Origin: Antedon mediterranea
Taxonomy: Eukaryota > Animalia > Echinodermata
Direction of reading: 5' to 3'
Assembly: GCF_964355755.1 (NCBI RefSeq)
Contig: NC_092671.1
Coordinates: 16,368,001 to 16,432,000, forward strand
Length of the DNA: 64,000 bases
The stretch's first letter is position 1; each line of letters begins with the position of its first letter. Made by a program: the position numbers and the translations under genes. The notes under the pieces were generated by a model that made no database searches, was not told where the DNA came from, and saw only the letters and a list, made by a program, of their open reading frames with translations. Positions 1-12,179 of this stretch are shown here, one piece after another.

Positions 1-2799
1 GCGCATGCCCAGTCTGAGTTTTCAAATACCTATTTTTTCAGCCGTAGTAAGTAAACTATAAGCTACCGCATGGTAACTGTTTCCTAGTGCTTCCGTTCTC
101 TTGACCTTAAATTAGATCTAAACAACGTAGTCATCAAAATGACTTATGACCCAGAATCTCAACGGAGGTTTGATCCTTCGAGTAGTTCAAACTTTTAATT
201 TGAACCTGGAATCCAACCATTGCAAAATAAATGTATACCTATTATACCAAACTCATTCAATAGTTGGTAATGGTAGTGCAATTATTTTAAAATCACCAAC
301 AAAGTATTAAAACACACACAAAAAAACATTTTTCGAAGAAAGCTATTTTATGTACGAAAATTACTGTTTAGGTGGAGGTATGAATTTCGCTAAAAGTTAA
401 CCCAATAAAAATGTTATATCCTTAAACAATTAAATTAGAAGTATAAATATTATTTAGATTAAATGTTCACGTTTAAGTGTGAACTGCATATTTAAGGTTA
501 TATGTACATTATTTCTATTCGTTCTCCGTAAACGGGAAAATGGCAACTTTATCGTCCTCAAAAAGTTAAGACGACGGAATTTCACGCTAATCTCCGCCCA
601 CTTTGTTAAAGCTCATGCATATAATTATATGAGCACCGTCCTGTGGCTTCCCGTCGTGTTTCGTAAAGTCCCTAGTGACTGAATAATAAACCCCGATGTT
701 GTGTATCCAGTGACGACAGGTAGATGGAAACTTTTTAGACATTTCTGCTACGTACAATTCATTATATATATTAGGCCTACCTGTGAACATTAACGCAGAA
801 ATTATCTACGCTTAAAACTGTTTCATTATTTCTATTTGTTAACCGATAAACCATTGCTTATGCATGACTATAAATATAGTGAAATTCGTTATGACGGTGA
901 AATTCGTGTGATGGTAAATCTCATAACTTACGAGAGTTAACCGCACTGAGTACTGTAATGCTTCCTTCATCATTAGTCTGATGACGGCAGATAAATTATA
1001 AACTTACATGTTCAATTTTTGTTCCATTTGTAACAAAATTCTGAAACGACTATTAACGTTTAAATTGATTTTGTACTTATGCCTACACCTCATTTGTTTC
1101 TATTTAGCGTTTGTATGACAGAAGTCAACGTTTGTGTGCCAGAAGTCACCAGATGCCAGAAGTCATTAAACATTTTTAGCCCTAGAGCACAAGCCCTATA
1201 ACTAAAACGTAGAAATGTTATGTACTAGTTGCTTTTACCGTCGCTGTATACAATTCCCAGCCCGACATCGACTTTTGTACGCGCACCACAGCCTGTAATG
1301 TTACGTTGCAACGCGTGGTGCGTCACTGACAAGTCACCGTGCTTTCACTATCAAAGTGGAGTCAACATGTACCGTACTTCTTTATTCTATTTATTCTATA
1401 CTTATGAACAAACATTAAACAAACTTCATATCACTTTATGATGCAGACAACACTCTTTACGAGCGTTTACGTAATTGTATTTTCACGCTTACCATCCTAT
1501 TATGAAAATTGTATTCATTTTACGCGCGTATCAATATATTAATAGTAACCAATTTGGTTAAGTTAAGTCAGTTTTACACAGGCCCTTAAAACAATATATG
1601 ACATGCATGATGGGAAATGTATATATGCATTACGTTAACTCGTCAAATCTACTTAAAGAACGTCAAAATTAAATCAAAATATCTTTGACGAGAACATCAC
1701 TGTTACCTACTTACTGTATGTTGTACAGCCTTTTGAAGAATCAGGTTACGGGTTTAGTTACGTTTTCTCGTATGAACGTTACAGTTTATGATATCGCGCT
1801 AACATATGGCGCACATAAATCATTTGTTCACTTAAATAGATACCGACTACTTTATTGCTCATTTCAAAAGTCTACTTAACAGAAATCGTTCCATAATTTA
1901 CTCCCAATGTTTGTTAATGATATTTATCATAATCATAATTGTTATTTTCGATAATCCGTACACTATTTTTCAAAACCATTATATCCGTTATTTAGACTAC
2001 AAAATTATTAGCTACTAATAATGTTATTGTTGTTATAGTAGGTTTATTAAACATAACTATGGATTTTAACTGTAATCGTGTTTTAAATGTATTATGACTA
2101 TAAAACAATTTGCAAAATGGAAACACATTGCATGAAAAGTGGTAAACGTTTAAACTGTCGGCAGCATCGGGCATTCACATTCATTTTGCCAATTTTAATG
2201 TCCACCTCTCATAAGACAATATTACAAGTAAAAGATTAGAAATGTTACTCCCGGAGCCCACCTTTAATATTAGAATTATTACTACATATAATAATAATAA
2301 TTATTATTATTATTATGGAAATTTTGCGTTTTTTGTTTGATGTACCGTATTTTATGTATATTTTTTCTCTTTTCCATCATGATAAATATTTTATAACATT
2401 GAATTATTATCAGTAGGCCTACATGTTTCCTATAGGCCTAACTGTAATTTGTAGGCCTAAATGTACTGTTAAATAAAAAGCTTATTTTGATACAGAATAT
2501 TACTATTAGTAATATTATTATTCCTGTAGTGTTTCTAGGGTTATTTATATTTCAATATGCCAAGCTAAATTATTCCTGGACTGTCTGAAAATCAGACGAT
2601 TCTTAATGATAAATATTTCTAATTTATTATTCAAATCAACAACTACTGAACAGTAACAAATTGTTTACTGTATTTCATATTGAAACAATTATTTGAAAGT
2701 TATGAATAAATATAAGTAGGCCTATAATTGCTTTATTGATAAATTTCATGGTAAATAAGTTTTCCGACATATTCAATTTAAATGAGACCTCAGATGGTT

Positions 2800-3250
2800 C
2801 CATAATGAGGCCGGCTATATTCAAGGATTTTAATTATATAGACCAACATTTCATATTAAATGGTAGGCCTACCCGTTGCTACTATTGATATTCCAATGGT
2901 TTCATAATGGTTAATTTAAGGGATTCTAATTGTAGACAACAATTTCATATCAGATGATAGGCCTACCAGTCTATACTAGTAAGTGATATTACAATGGTTT
3001 TGATAATGGTTAATAAGGGATTCAAATTTTAGACCAAAACTTCATATCAAATGATAGACCTACCCTTCTATACTAGTAAGTGATATTCTCATGATTTTGA
3101 TAATGGTTAATAAGGGATTCAAATTTTAGACCAAGACTTCATATCAAATGATAGACCTACCCTTCTATACTAGTAAGTGATATTCTCATGATTTTGATAA
3201 TGGTTAATAAGGGATTCAAATTTTAGACCAAAACTTCTATCAAATGATAT
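2800..3250. repeat. 97-bp tandem repeat, ~4.5 copies
   Basis: TAATGGTTAATAAGGGATTC recurs at 3004, 3101 and 3198, with degenerate copies upstream. Confidence 0.85.
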
Positions 3251-3269
3251 ACGAATATAATAATTTAGT

Positions 3270-3460
3270 TATCCTTCTTGCTTGTCTTCGTTCGGTTGAT
3301 CAAAACTTACTGGTTGTTCCTAGAATAAACACCAAATCCTATGGACAAAGGTCTTTCATGTTCTCTGCTGCTTCTCTTTGGAATTCTCTCCCTTGACATA
3401 TTACTGAATCAACATCTATTGCTACTTTTCAAAAAAGAACTGAAAACGCATCTTTTTAAC
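3270..3460 (+). mobile_element. LINE (L2/CR1-type) ORF2 3'-end fragment
   Basis: Translates LLVVPRINTKSYGQRSFMFSAASLWNSLP*HITESTSIATF, then KKELKTHLF after a frameshift. This is the typical L2 ORF2 C-terminus. Confidence 0.75.
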
Positions 3461-3592
3461 ATTCAATACAAGCTTTGATTTTTACTTTTAGTTGATACTG
3501 GCGCTATACAAATACCTAAATTATTATTAAAAATTATATACCCATACCTACAAGTGATAATTTTAATAATTCTATTTTGTTTTTCAGTTAAA

Positions 3593-5088
3593 ATGGGCAT
3601 CAGTAAGATATACATTGGTTTGTTAGTTGTGTTAATATTACAAAGTATATTAACATCTAAAGTATCGTCGAATCCTGTTCGCAAACTGAACGAACCACCT
3701 TCACTAAGCAGATGGGGTAAACGTGCAATGAAAAGTAAGCCACCATAAGTCATCTTGTTACCTTTATTAATGTAATTACATCCGTATCAGACACTTTAAG
3801 GGGCCTATCATGTTAAGTATACCTAGTCGGAAACTGCATGGTATCCATTGGTTCAAAGAACCCACGTACCACAGGCAGTAAGAATGGTAATATAGACCTA
3901 GATCATAATAAAATTCTAAATAAAATCATCAAATGACCTCTGACCAGTATAAGATATTTGCCGAATCGTGGAGATATTTGTCTTTAGGTATGATACGTAC
4001 GTATTAGCGTATTGTATTAAGCGTGGTTCCCACTAGCGACGCAACACAACGCAAGTGAATTAACCAATCACAAGCAATGGCTTATTCGCTTGTGATTGCT
4101 AACTGTCTATAACTTCGCTTGTCATTGGTTAAAACGCTTGCGTTGCGTTTACGTCCTTGCGTTACGTTCTAGTGGGAACCAAGCTTTAGCGTAGTGTTAC
4201 GTACGCAGTAGGCATTAGCTATTCTAATATTGACTTGATATCTTAATATTGATTGACCTATTTTAGTACATTATGTATTTAGAATCAATTGTAAACTCGT
4301 CCAAGGTTATTATGATTTTGAATTTTAAAAGGTCCTCAAGCAAACAAGTTTGAGTTTACATAACTCTCCGAATAATTTTATCTATTTTTGTACTTGTTTG
4401 AATTGGCTACTGTAAACTATGATTGGGCCTTTAGTGTTGTATTGCTAATTGTATCATTTGTAATTTGAAACAATTAGGCCTAAAGTAGAAGAGGAAAAAC
4501 TGATCAATTAAAGAATACGGTAGTTCTATTCGATGACAATATAGCTTTTTCTTTAGTTTTTTCCAATTTGTATTTATTTGTTTATTTTCTTACTTAGTTT
4601 CAGAAGAAGAACCACAAGAATTAACCATAAAAATGTTCGGAGATGAAAACGCATTTTGTGTACACATAGCAGCTGGTGGAATATATAGATGTGTTACGAC
4701 GTAAGTTTCATTTAAAAAAAGAATAATTCGTGGGCTTGGGACTGATATGTCGAACGTCACATCATGGAAAAATAAAGGAGCTCATGGTTAAATCCGCTAA
4801 ATACAGTTCTGATATTTAAGGAACAGGGTGTAGTATTATACAGTATTGGGTTTACGCATGCGCAGATTAATCTTTTGTCGTTCCTCAATTTTATGTAAAT
4901 TAAAAGTCGGAATGTCGCTTCATCTCAATCTGGAATTGAAATCGACTAATTATTCAATGTAAAAACTTTTTGTGTGTATGCAAATGTGAAGTTGAAAATA
5001 TATTGGAAAGCTGATATACATTAATGTAATGTCGGTAACATTATGAAAACATTTGTCTTCTTTTGTCAGTGTACTTAACCTGCCATGA
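3593..5088 (+). CDS. Luqin-type (RWamide) neuropeptide precursor 1, 3 coding exons, 87 aa
   Basis: Exons 3593-3734 (donor a|gtaagc, phase 1), 4598-4700 (acceptor ttag|, donor ac|gtaagt, phase 2) and 5070-5088 (acceptor gtcag|, TGA). Translation: MGISKIYIGLLVVLILQSILTSKVSS-NPVRKLNEPPSLSRW-GKR-AMKISEEEPQELTIKMFGDENAFCVHIAAGGIYRCVTTVLNLP. It has a signal peptide, a single RW-G-KR amidated peptide right after it, and a C-terminal Cys pair 10 residues apart, which is the established luqin/RYamide precursor signature. Confidence 0.9.
4020..4185. mobile_element. Harbinger-like MITE family B (TIR AGC(T/G)TGGTTCCCACT), luqin-1 intron
   Basis: TTA TSD. A near-identical inverted copy lies at 45656-45834. 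Confidence 0.8.
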
Positions 5089-7526
5089 TTCTACAAATAA
5101 TGCGTTTGGAGCTTCATAAGAATAAATTGATCATTGATTGTTATGTTGAATTGTTAGAATAATAGATCTGTAAGTAGTAACTGGGGCATTCGTATTATTT
5201 GCAATAAACCTGTCATTCAAAGTACTTTAATCTTGCCGAGATTATTCATAAATTTATATTTCAACAAAAAAGAAGTGACCCACAATTATAGTGATAAAAA
5301 TATCCATTAATCATTATTTTGGATATTTTTAATGACAATAATAACGGTTTTAACATTCAATCAAAGGGTAATGGTATTTCACTGATGAGTACTGGTACTA
5401 CAGTATAATAACAGTGATTATTGCGTGGGAATAATAATTTAGCCGTGAGCGTGACCTTTTGTCTTTTGAACAAAAATATTAATTTCTTTTACAAATCGGA
5501 AAGGAAAACGCACTTAGTTTATTTTAGCAGTACAACTACAAAAAAACACGAGTTATGTACAAATGCTTAGCAAGTACGTGACTAAGAATACAGTAGCCTT
5601 TGAATATTATTTAACTAAAAATATATCAATTTCCTGAGAGCGTTAGTTTACGTGTTCATAAAAAAATCAATTGAAATTCACTTGCAACCACTGCAACCAG
5701 TTGTGATCAAATTACAAAAGCAATGTATTGCTATTTAACCAGCTGAACATGGGGATCGTTAAATGAAATCGAACAGCTAATTACGACTAATGATGAGTCT
5801 GTGTGACATTTAGTGGTGTGATTATGTGAAAATTATGCAAAGTGGACATACAACTTTCTACGAAGCCTTTGGGCAACTTTGCATGTAATTTGTCTCGGGC
5901 ACCATTGGCTCGTCGACTGTTGCATGGAAATTGTCCTATATGGACCTGTTCAGACCAATAAATTCTATATATAGTAACAGATAATATAGTACTGTTCAAT
6001 AATAATTTGTGACGTGTACAAACTATTCATGATTGACAATTCATTTTATTCTCGACAGTTTATGTAATTGATATATTGGGCTGATCTATGCTGTCAGTAT
6101 TACTAACACTAATGTTTCATTTAAGCACTAACGTCATTCAGAATAAATAACTGACAATAACAATTATAGCAGTTATGTGATAACTTGGTATTGGCAGCAA
6201 TATCAGTGACAGTCACTGCATTTCCAGTACTTAGACCTATCACGCGATTACAATCGATCAACATTTGGGATTTTTTATGCCTAGATAAATAGGCCCGGAT
6301 AGAAAGTATAAAAAATACTAAATTAAATGCCAATGACACTGAATGTACAACTTCGGGATAGTTTGTAAAATGTATAAAAGCTAATACTTTTACCATTGTA
6401 ATTATGTACCGATAACCAAATCATTTTTGAATAGGCCTACATGAATTCATTAACGGCCCACTACGGTATTCATTTGTGGTGTGGTACACATACAGTAGGC
6501 CTACCGATCTGTAAACATACAAAAAAGTTAAAATAACACAACTTACCACCGTCAGCATGGCTACAGTAGGCCTACATTCTATCGGTACAAAACGGGGTGT
6601 CAAGTCGTTAAATACCTCCTTTTTAGTGTACGGAACATCTCCAAAATTGGCCTGTTTTTTTTCAAAAGTCTATATCTGACTTCCCATCGTTATTTTTTTT
6701 TCAAACGTAAATACGTCATTTTCTGATGCGCCCTCAAATTAACTAATTTGCATGCGTAACAATCGTTTTCACGTCTTGAGATAATTGCCACATTAATCAA
6801 ATTTTTTTCTTTTGTTTTTCACAGTAAAGACGAGCGATACAACAACTACAGAAAATAACGTAAATTAAAGTCAAGTAAGAAGAAGACGTCAACGAGGGGT
6901 TATAAAATTATACAACATAATATGTTCCAACTTCCAATACCAATTCTTATGAAGAAAGTTTGACGGTGTCGATCATTGATAAGATATAGCATAGTTATTT
7001 TAAGTTGTAGCAGATGTAGCATCCTGCTAATAGAATACACCACTTTTATTATGATTTTGTATATTTTAAAATTTGAAATAATGAAAATGAATTTCTTCGA
7101 ACCGAATATACAAATTGTATTACTAAAGGGTAAAATATGGAACAGGGAATTATTTTATTACACTGTTTCCATAGCTTCCGATAATTTCAGGAACTTGGTT
7201 GGTGACTGGATTTTATTCCCGATTATCATATTTGCTTTACTAGAAATTTAATCAGATTTATTTTTAATCATTTTATATGTTGACATACTTACGCTATGAT
7301 ATCCAAGTTGTAATCATTTGTAAAAATATGATATTACATCGTTGTACATAAATTATATGGAAACCTATTATATTGTTACTAATAGACTATTTTATTTCGT
7401 TTTCCTCGTAAGTTCCAGAATCTAAAGTTCTGCAACGTCAGATGAGTGGCAAAATGGAAATAGGCAGTATTATAGATATGCGCACTAACTGTACTATACA
7501 GTAGCCGTGGAACCAGGGAAGAGTTA

Positions 7527-7707
7527 AGGGTCTTTCACACCTGTTCCGGCACGGTTCCAGTCCGGCGCGGGAAAATCCAATCGAACGTCAATGTTTCGAT
7601 TTTACGCTGCTACGCGCATATCGATTGGCGCATAGCCGCGTGAAAACGAAACATTGATGTTCGATTCGCCGGACCGGAACCGTGCCGGAACAGGTGTGAA
7701 AGACCCT
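7527..7707. mobile_element. Harbinger-like MITE family C (TIR AGGGTCTTTCACACCTGTTCCGGCACG)
   Basis: TTA TSD. A second copy lies at ~13684-13863. Confidence 0.8.
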
Positions 7708-8443
7708 TTAAATTGTAATTTAACTCTTCCCTGGTGGAACTAAGAATGTCAACTGTTATGTATTGTTTCTAATGCATCCTATCATTATTAGACTATGTTT
7801 GCGAGTTCATGTTACTTTACAGAGGTACAAGCGTTGTAATCATTATTTTTAAAAGCCGGAAGCTTATCTTTTTTCTTGTTCGATTACATGTATATATTAA
7901 TTTGTTTAATATTGTTTGCAGATAATTAGGACTACGTATAGGCCTATAAAACAATTATAGCTAATAAATGAATGATATGTGGATATACTGCATTGGTATT
8001 TCATTAGTTAATCTAACGAAAGTGGTCTAAGGAACACAATTTTCAAGCAGGTCTTGTTGTATCAACACAATAATTGTATTTTTTATCAAAATAAAATATA
8101 GCAATTTTAAGTTGGTCGTGTATATTTGTCAATAATTTACTTCGTTTCACTTTACCAGCAAACAATAGTCACTCCTACTGAATGTTATATTGATAATAAA
8201 ACTGTACCTTTATTAAATAATATCAACTTCTTTGCCGTCGTCATCTTGGTAGTCGTCATCTTGGTCGTCGACAACTCTGCCGTCGTCATCTTTGCCGTCG
8301 TCATCTTGACCGTCGTCATATTTGTCGTCGTTATCTTTTTCGTAACGTCATGTGCTTTTTTAGGCATAATTGATACCAAATGATGATTGACCTCAAAGGT
8401 AAAGACTTCACTCAATGTAGGCTGTGAACACTAGAATATTTAA

Positions 8444-8581
8444 AGCTTTGTCTACTATCAAACGTTGTGTTACAAAAAATGTGATTTGCCCATATATGAA
8501 CACGATGATGTCATATCACCACCAAATTTGGACACATCACATTTCTTTTTGTCAAAATATTTTGATAGTGTAGACAGAGCT
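8444..8581. mobile_element. Harbinger-like MITE family A (TIR AGCTCTGTCTACACTATCAAAC)
   Basis: ~140 bp with TAA/TTA flanks. Other copies at 22624-23056 (interrupted), 23260-23395, 38268-38410, 42011-42170, 45095-45258 and 54595-54689. Confidence 0.8.
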
Positions 8582-9350
8582 TTATGTACGATAGAACATG
8601 ATTACATTACTGCCGGATGAGATTTCTCAATTAGTGATTTTCACGCCGCGTATTTGGCAGTTATATTCAGGAGGACGAAGGCGCGGCATAAGGAAACTGT
8701 ATCACGCGCGGAAGCTTATAACTAACGGCTGAAAAAATAGGTATTTCAGACTATATTTACGTCACATAAAATGTTTACTACTGATTTTTAAACAAAAATA
8801 ATTTATAATATATTATTATTTCTTAAATTATTAAATAGAATATCGATGATAAAAAAAAAGCATCATTTAATGAAGAAAGAACGATAATTAAAACTGTTGC
8901 GTCTAAAAGGGGAGAGGCGTTTTTTGTAAGAATATTTCTTGTTTAGGCCAAATGTAGACATATTATTCAAAAATATTCTTATAATAATTGTTTACTAAAT
9001 AGGCATACTATTCAGAGACGTATACCTATTTGTTGGTGTCTGGAGAGCAGATTGGCAACAACAACGTTCGTACGACAGCAGACCTGTGAAATGTGTGTTT
9101 CGAAAGTTCTCCAAAGACCCTATCATTCAAAGTGAAATAATTAAGATAGTCGTCAAACAATTAAAAACGATGCCTTGTCAGTAGCCTACGCCTAGATCAT
9201 GTAGTCCTGTTTCACGTTTTACGGCATTTACATTCAATTCCATAAAATAATGCATGAATAAGGACTTACATTATTTTGGCTTAGATCATTATTGTGCATA
9301 TAAAGTATTTGTAATGACATGTTTGTTCATTCATTTCTATACTTACTTTG

Positions 9351-12179
9351 TTTACCTCCCCAAGGAGGTATATGTAATCGGTAGCGTGTGTTTGTTTGTT
9401 ACTTTGCAAAAAGAATTTTGCCAAGTATAGTGTATTCACTTTGTTTGTATGTATGTATGTATGTATGTATGTATGTATGTATGTATGTATGTATGTGTGT
9501 TTGTATGTATGTTTGTATGTATGTTTGTTTGTTAGCACGATAGCGCCTACAGTTTTCAAGTTATCGTTCTGAATTGTGTTATGTACTTTCAGACCATGCC
9601 TATTGAAAATCAACAAAATTGGTTTATTAATAACTTCACAAATAACAAAAATGATATTATTTTCAGACCGGCTAGTGTTAAAAGATAGGAGACAATTTTC
9701 AAAAGCCGGTGAGCAGTTTTAAAGTAACACGTAAACTGAAATTACATTTTCTCGAGAACTACTTGTCCAAAAAACCTCATTTTTGGACAAGAGGCAAGGG
9801 TTATAATTTGTGATTTGTAATTTTAAAACAAAAATTGATTCAATGTACCGGCTTTTTCATACGAGTAGTTTTAAAAAACCTATTTCTTTTCAAATCACCA
9901 GTTTGTTTTTGGCGTTGCTGTTCTATTGTTATTCAAATTAAACTATTGTTAGTTGATAATTAGGTTTGTTAGTACCAGTGTGTGTCCTTCCTTATTTCAT
10001 TCTGTACATAGGTATATACTTACAGAACATGCCTATTGATTTTCAGGTAAATTTTATTTTATTATTTTTTTTTATTTATTCAATTTCTGCCATATACATA
10101 ACAAAGAAGACAAAACAATTATAAAAGGAGGCACGGAAAGACCAAACAGGTACTAAACACCTATGCTAGTTGGTCAACCCAAAAAACAACGGGGCTCGTC
10201 CGGGAAATGAACCCGGGGCCTCTCGCACCCAAAGCGAGAATCATGATAATTGATATATTGTTTGTCAAAAAAGCTTATCTTCCGTACGATATATTAAACA
10301 GCACGCATTCTGTCTTCTTTTAACATGGACATATTCTTTGATATGGACCAAGACATTAGTCGACTGGTCAAGTGGTTAAACTTACTACATGGGTTAAGGC
10401 AGAGGCGCCGAAAATCGGCACAGCTTCAAGACACTCCTTGATCATTATTCTGGTCAATCTTGATTTTAGAAAGGTCATTATTGCAATGCCGGAATTGTTT
10501 GTATCCAAAAATTATTTAAACAAATTATTAACCCCAGCAATATTTTATCTATGTAAAGCTAATACCTAAGGCAAAAAAAATGTATCTTTCAACATGCTCC
10601 GAGTCAGTGGATATATTTTGCCAAGTACTTCACTCAGTTTCTGAGTGCTTTCATTTGTTTGTTAGCACAATAGCGCCTATAGTTTTCAAGTTATTCTTCT
10701 GAATTTGTGGGTGTAGATAGCTATATACTTTCAGACCATGCCTATTGAAAATCAACAAAGTTCGTTTATTAACTTCACAAATAACAAAAATGATATTATT
10801 TTCAGACCGGCTAGTGTTAAAAAGGAGACAATTTTTAAAAGCCGGCGAGCAATCTTAAAGTAACAAGTGTACTGAAATTGCATTTTCTCGAGAACTACTA
10901 GTCCAAAAAACATCATTTTTGTACAAGAGGCGAGAGTTATAAATTGTGATTTGTAATTTTTAAAACATAATTTGATTTAATGTACAGGTTTATTGATACG
11001 AGTAGTTTTAAAAAACCTATTTCTTTTCAAATTCACCCGTTTGTTTTTCGCGTTGCTGTTCTATTGTTATTCAAATTAAACTATTGTTAGTTGATAATTA
11101 GTCTTTTTAGTAGTGTACTAGCGTGTGTCCTTTCTTATTTCATTCTGTACATAGGTATATACTTACAGATCATGCCTATTGATTTTCAGGAAAACTGATA
11201 TATTGGTCATGTCTCAAAAGCTTATCTTCCGTAAGATATATTAAATAGCACGCATTCGGTCTTTTTTTAACATGGACATATTCTTTGATATGGATCAAAA
11301 TATTATTCGAATGGTCAAGCGGTTAAGCTTACTACATGGGTTAAGGCATAGGCGCCGCAAATCGACACAGCTTCAAGACACTCCTCGACCATTATTCTGG
11401 TCAATCTTGATTTTAGAAAGGTCATTGTTGCAATGCCGGAATTGTTTGTATTAAAAATTATTTAAACAAATTATTAACCTTAGCAGTATTTTAACCATGT
11501 AAAGCTAATACCTAAAGAAAAAATTGTATCTTTCAACATGCTCCCAGTCAGTGGATATATTTTGCCAAGTACTTCACTCAGTTTCTGAGTGCTTTCATTT
11601 GTTTGTTTTTTTGTTAGCAGGATTACTCAAAAAATAATTACAAGATCTTTACCAAAATGAATAGACAGATAGATATGTGGTCAAGGACCATGGGACCATT
11701 TGGGACCACAGTCCCAATTCTGGACCACTTTTTAGTATACTTTTTCAGACCTGCTAGTATTAAAGGATAGCACAGAATTTTTCAAAAGCCGGCGAGCAGT
11801 CTTAAAGTAACAAGTAAACTGAAATTGCATTTTCTCGAGAACTACTTCATTTTTTAACAAGAGGCAAGAGTTATAATTTGTGATTTGTAATTTTAAAACA
11901 TAATTTGATTTAATGTGCACGTTTTTTGATGCGAGTAGTTTCAGAAACCTATTTCACTCGTTTGATTTTCGCGTTGCTGTTCTATTGTTAGTCAACTGAA
12001 GCTATTGTTAATTGAAAGGCTTGTTACATAACCATTACACCAAACTCGCATACACATGCTTGTAATGAAATTAGCCACACACACAAATATATATATATAT
12101 TTTTTTTACCGGAGAAATCTTATGTAGGAGAATTTTACAGTAGGCGGAGGTATGCACTCTCGGAGTGGCTTTCTAGTTT
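9351..12179 (+). mobile_element. Nested/tandem Helentron-associated non-autonomous elements (HINE/DINE-1-like)
   Basis: Outer element: TTACCTCCCCCAAGGAGGT ... GGCGGAGGTATGCACTCTCGGAGTGGCTTTCTAGTT (subterminal inverted repeats, 3' hairpin, GTTT microsatellite). Inner family: ACTTTGCAAAA..TTTTGCCAAGT start, (TATG)n, ending TTGCCAAGTACTTCACTCAGTTTCTGAGTGCTTTCATTTGTT at ~10655 and again at ~11600. A ~950-bp body is duplicated head to tail, with a third partial copy at 11740-12010. Confidence 0.7.
10192..10244 (-). pseudogene. 5'-truncated tRNA-Pro(TGG) fragment
   Basis: The reverse complement ATGATTCTCGCTTTGGGTGCGAGAGGCCCCGGGTTCATTTCCCGGACGAGCCC matches the 3' two-thirds of metazoan tRNA-Pro (anticodon TGG, T arm, acceptor 3' strand). 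The first ~19 nt are missing, and a T6 run follows. Confidence 0.85.

Noticed and set aside
8220-8345. FLAG-like DDDGK acidic repeat in an alternative frame of the 15-bp repeat
   Set aside because: That frame is closed by stops immediately upstream and downstream. Only the Thr-rich frame spans the AG/GT-bounded segment.
9281-9616. 111-aa ORF with HTYI repeats
   Set aside because: Translation of a (TATG)n microsatellite within a HINE.
10192-10244. Functional tRNA-Pro gene
   Set aside because: It lacks the 5' acceptor strand and D arm (A box), so it cannot fold or be transcribed as a tRNA.
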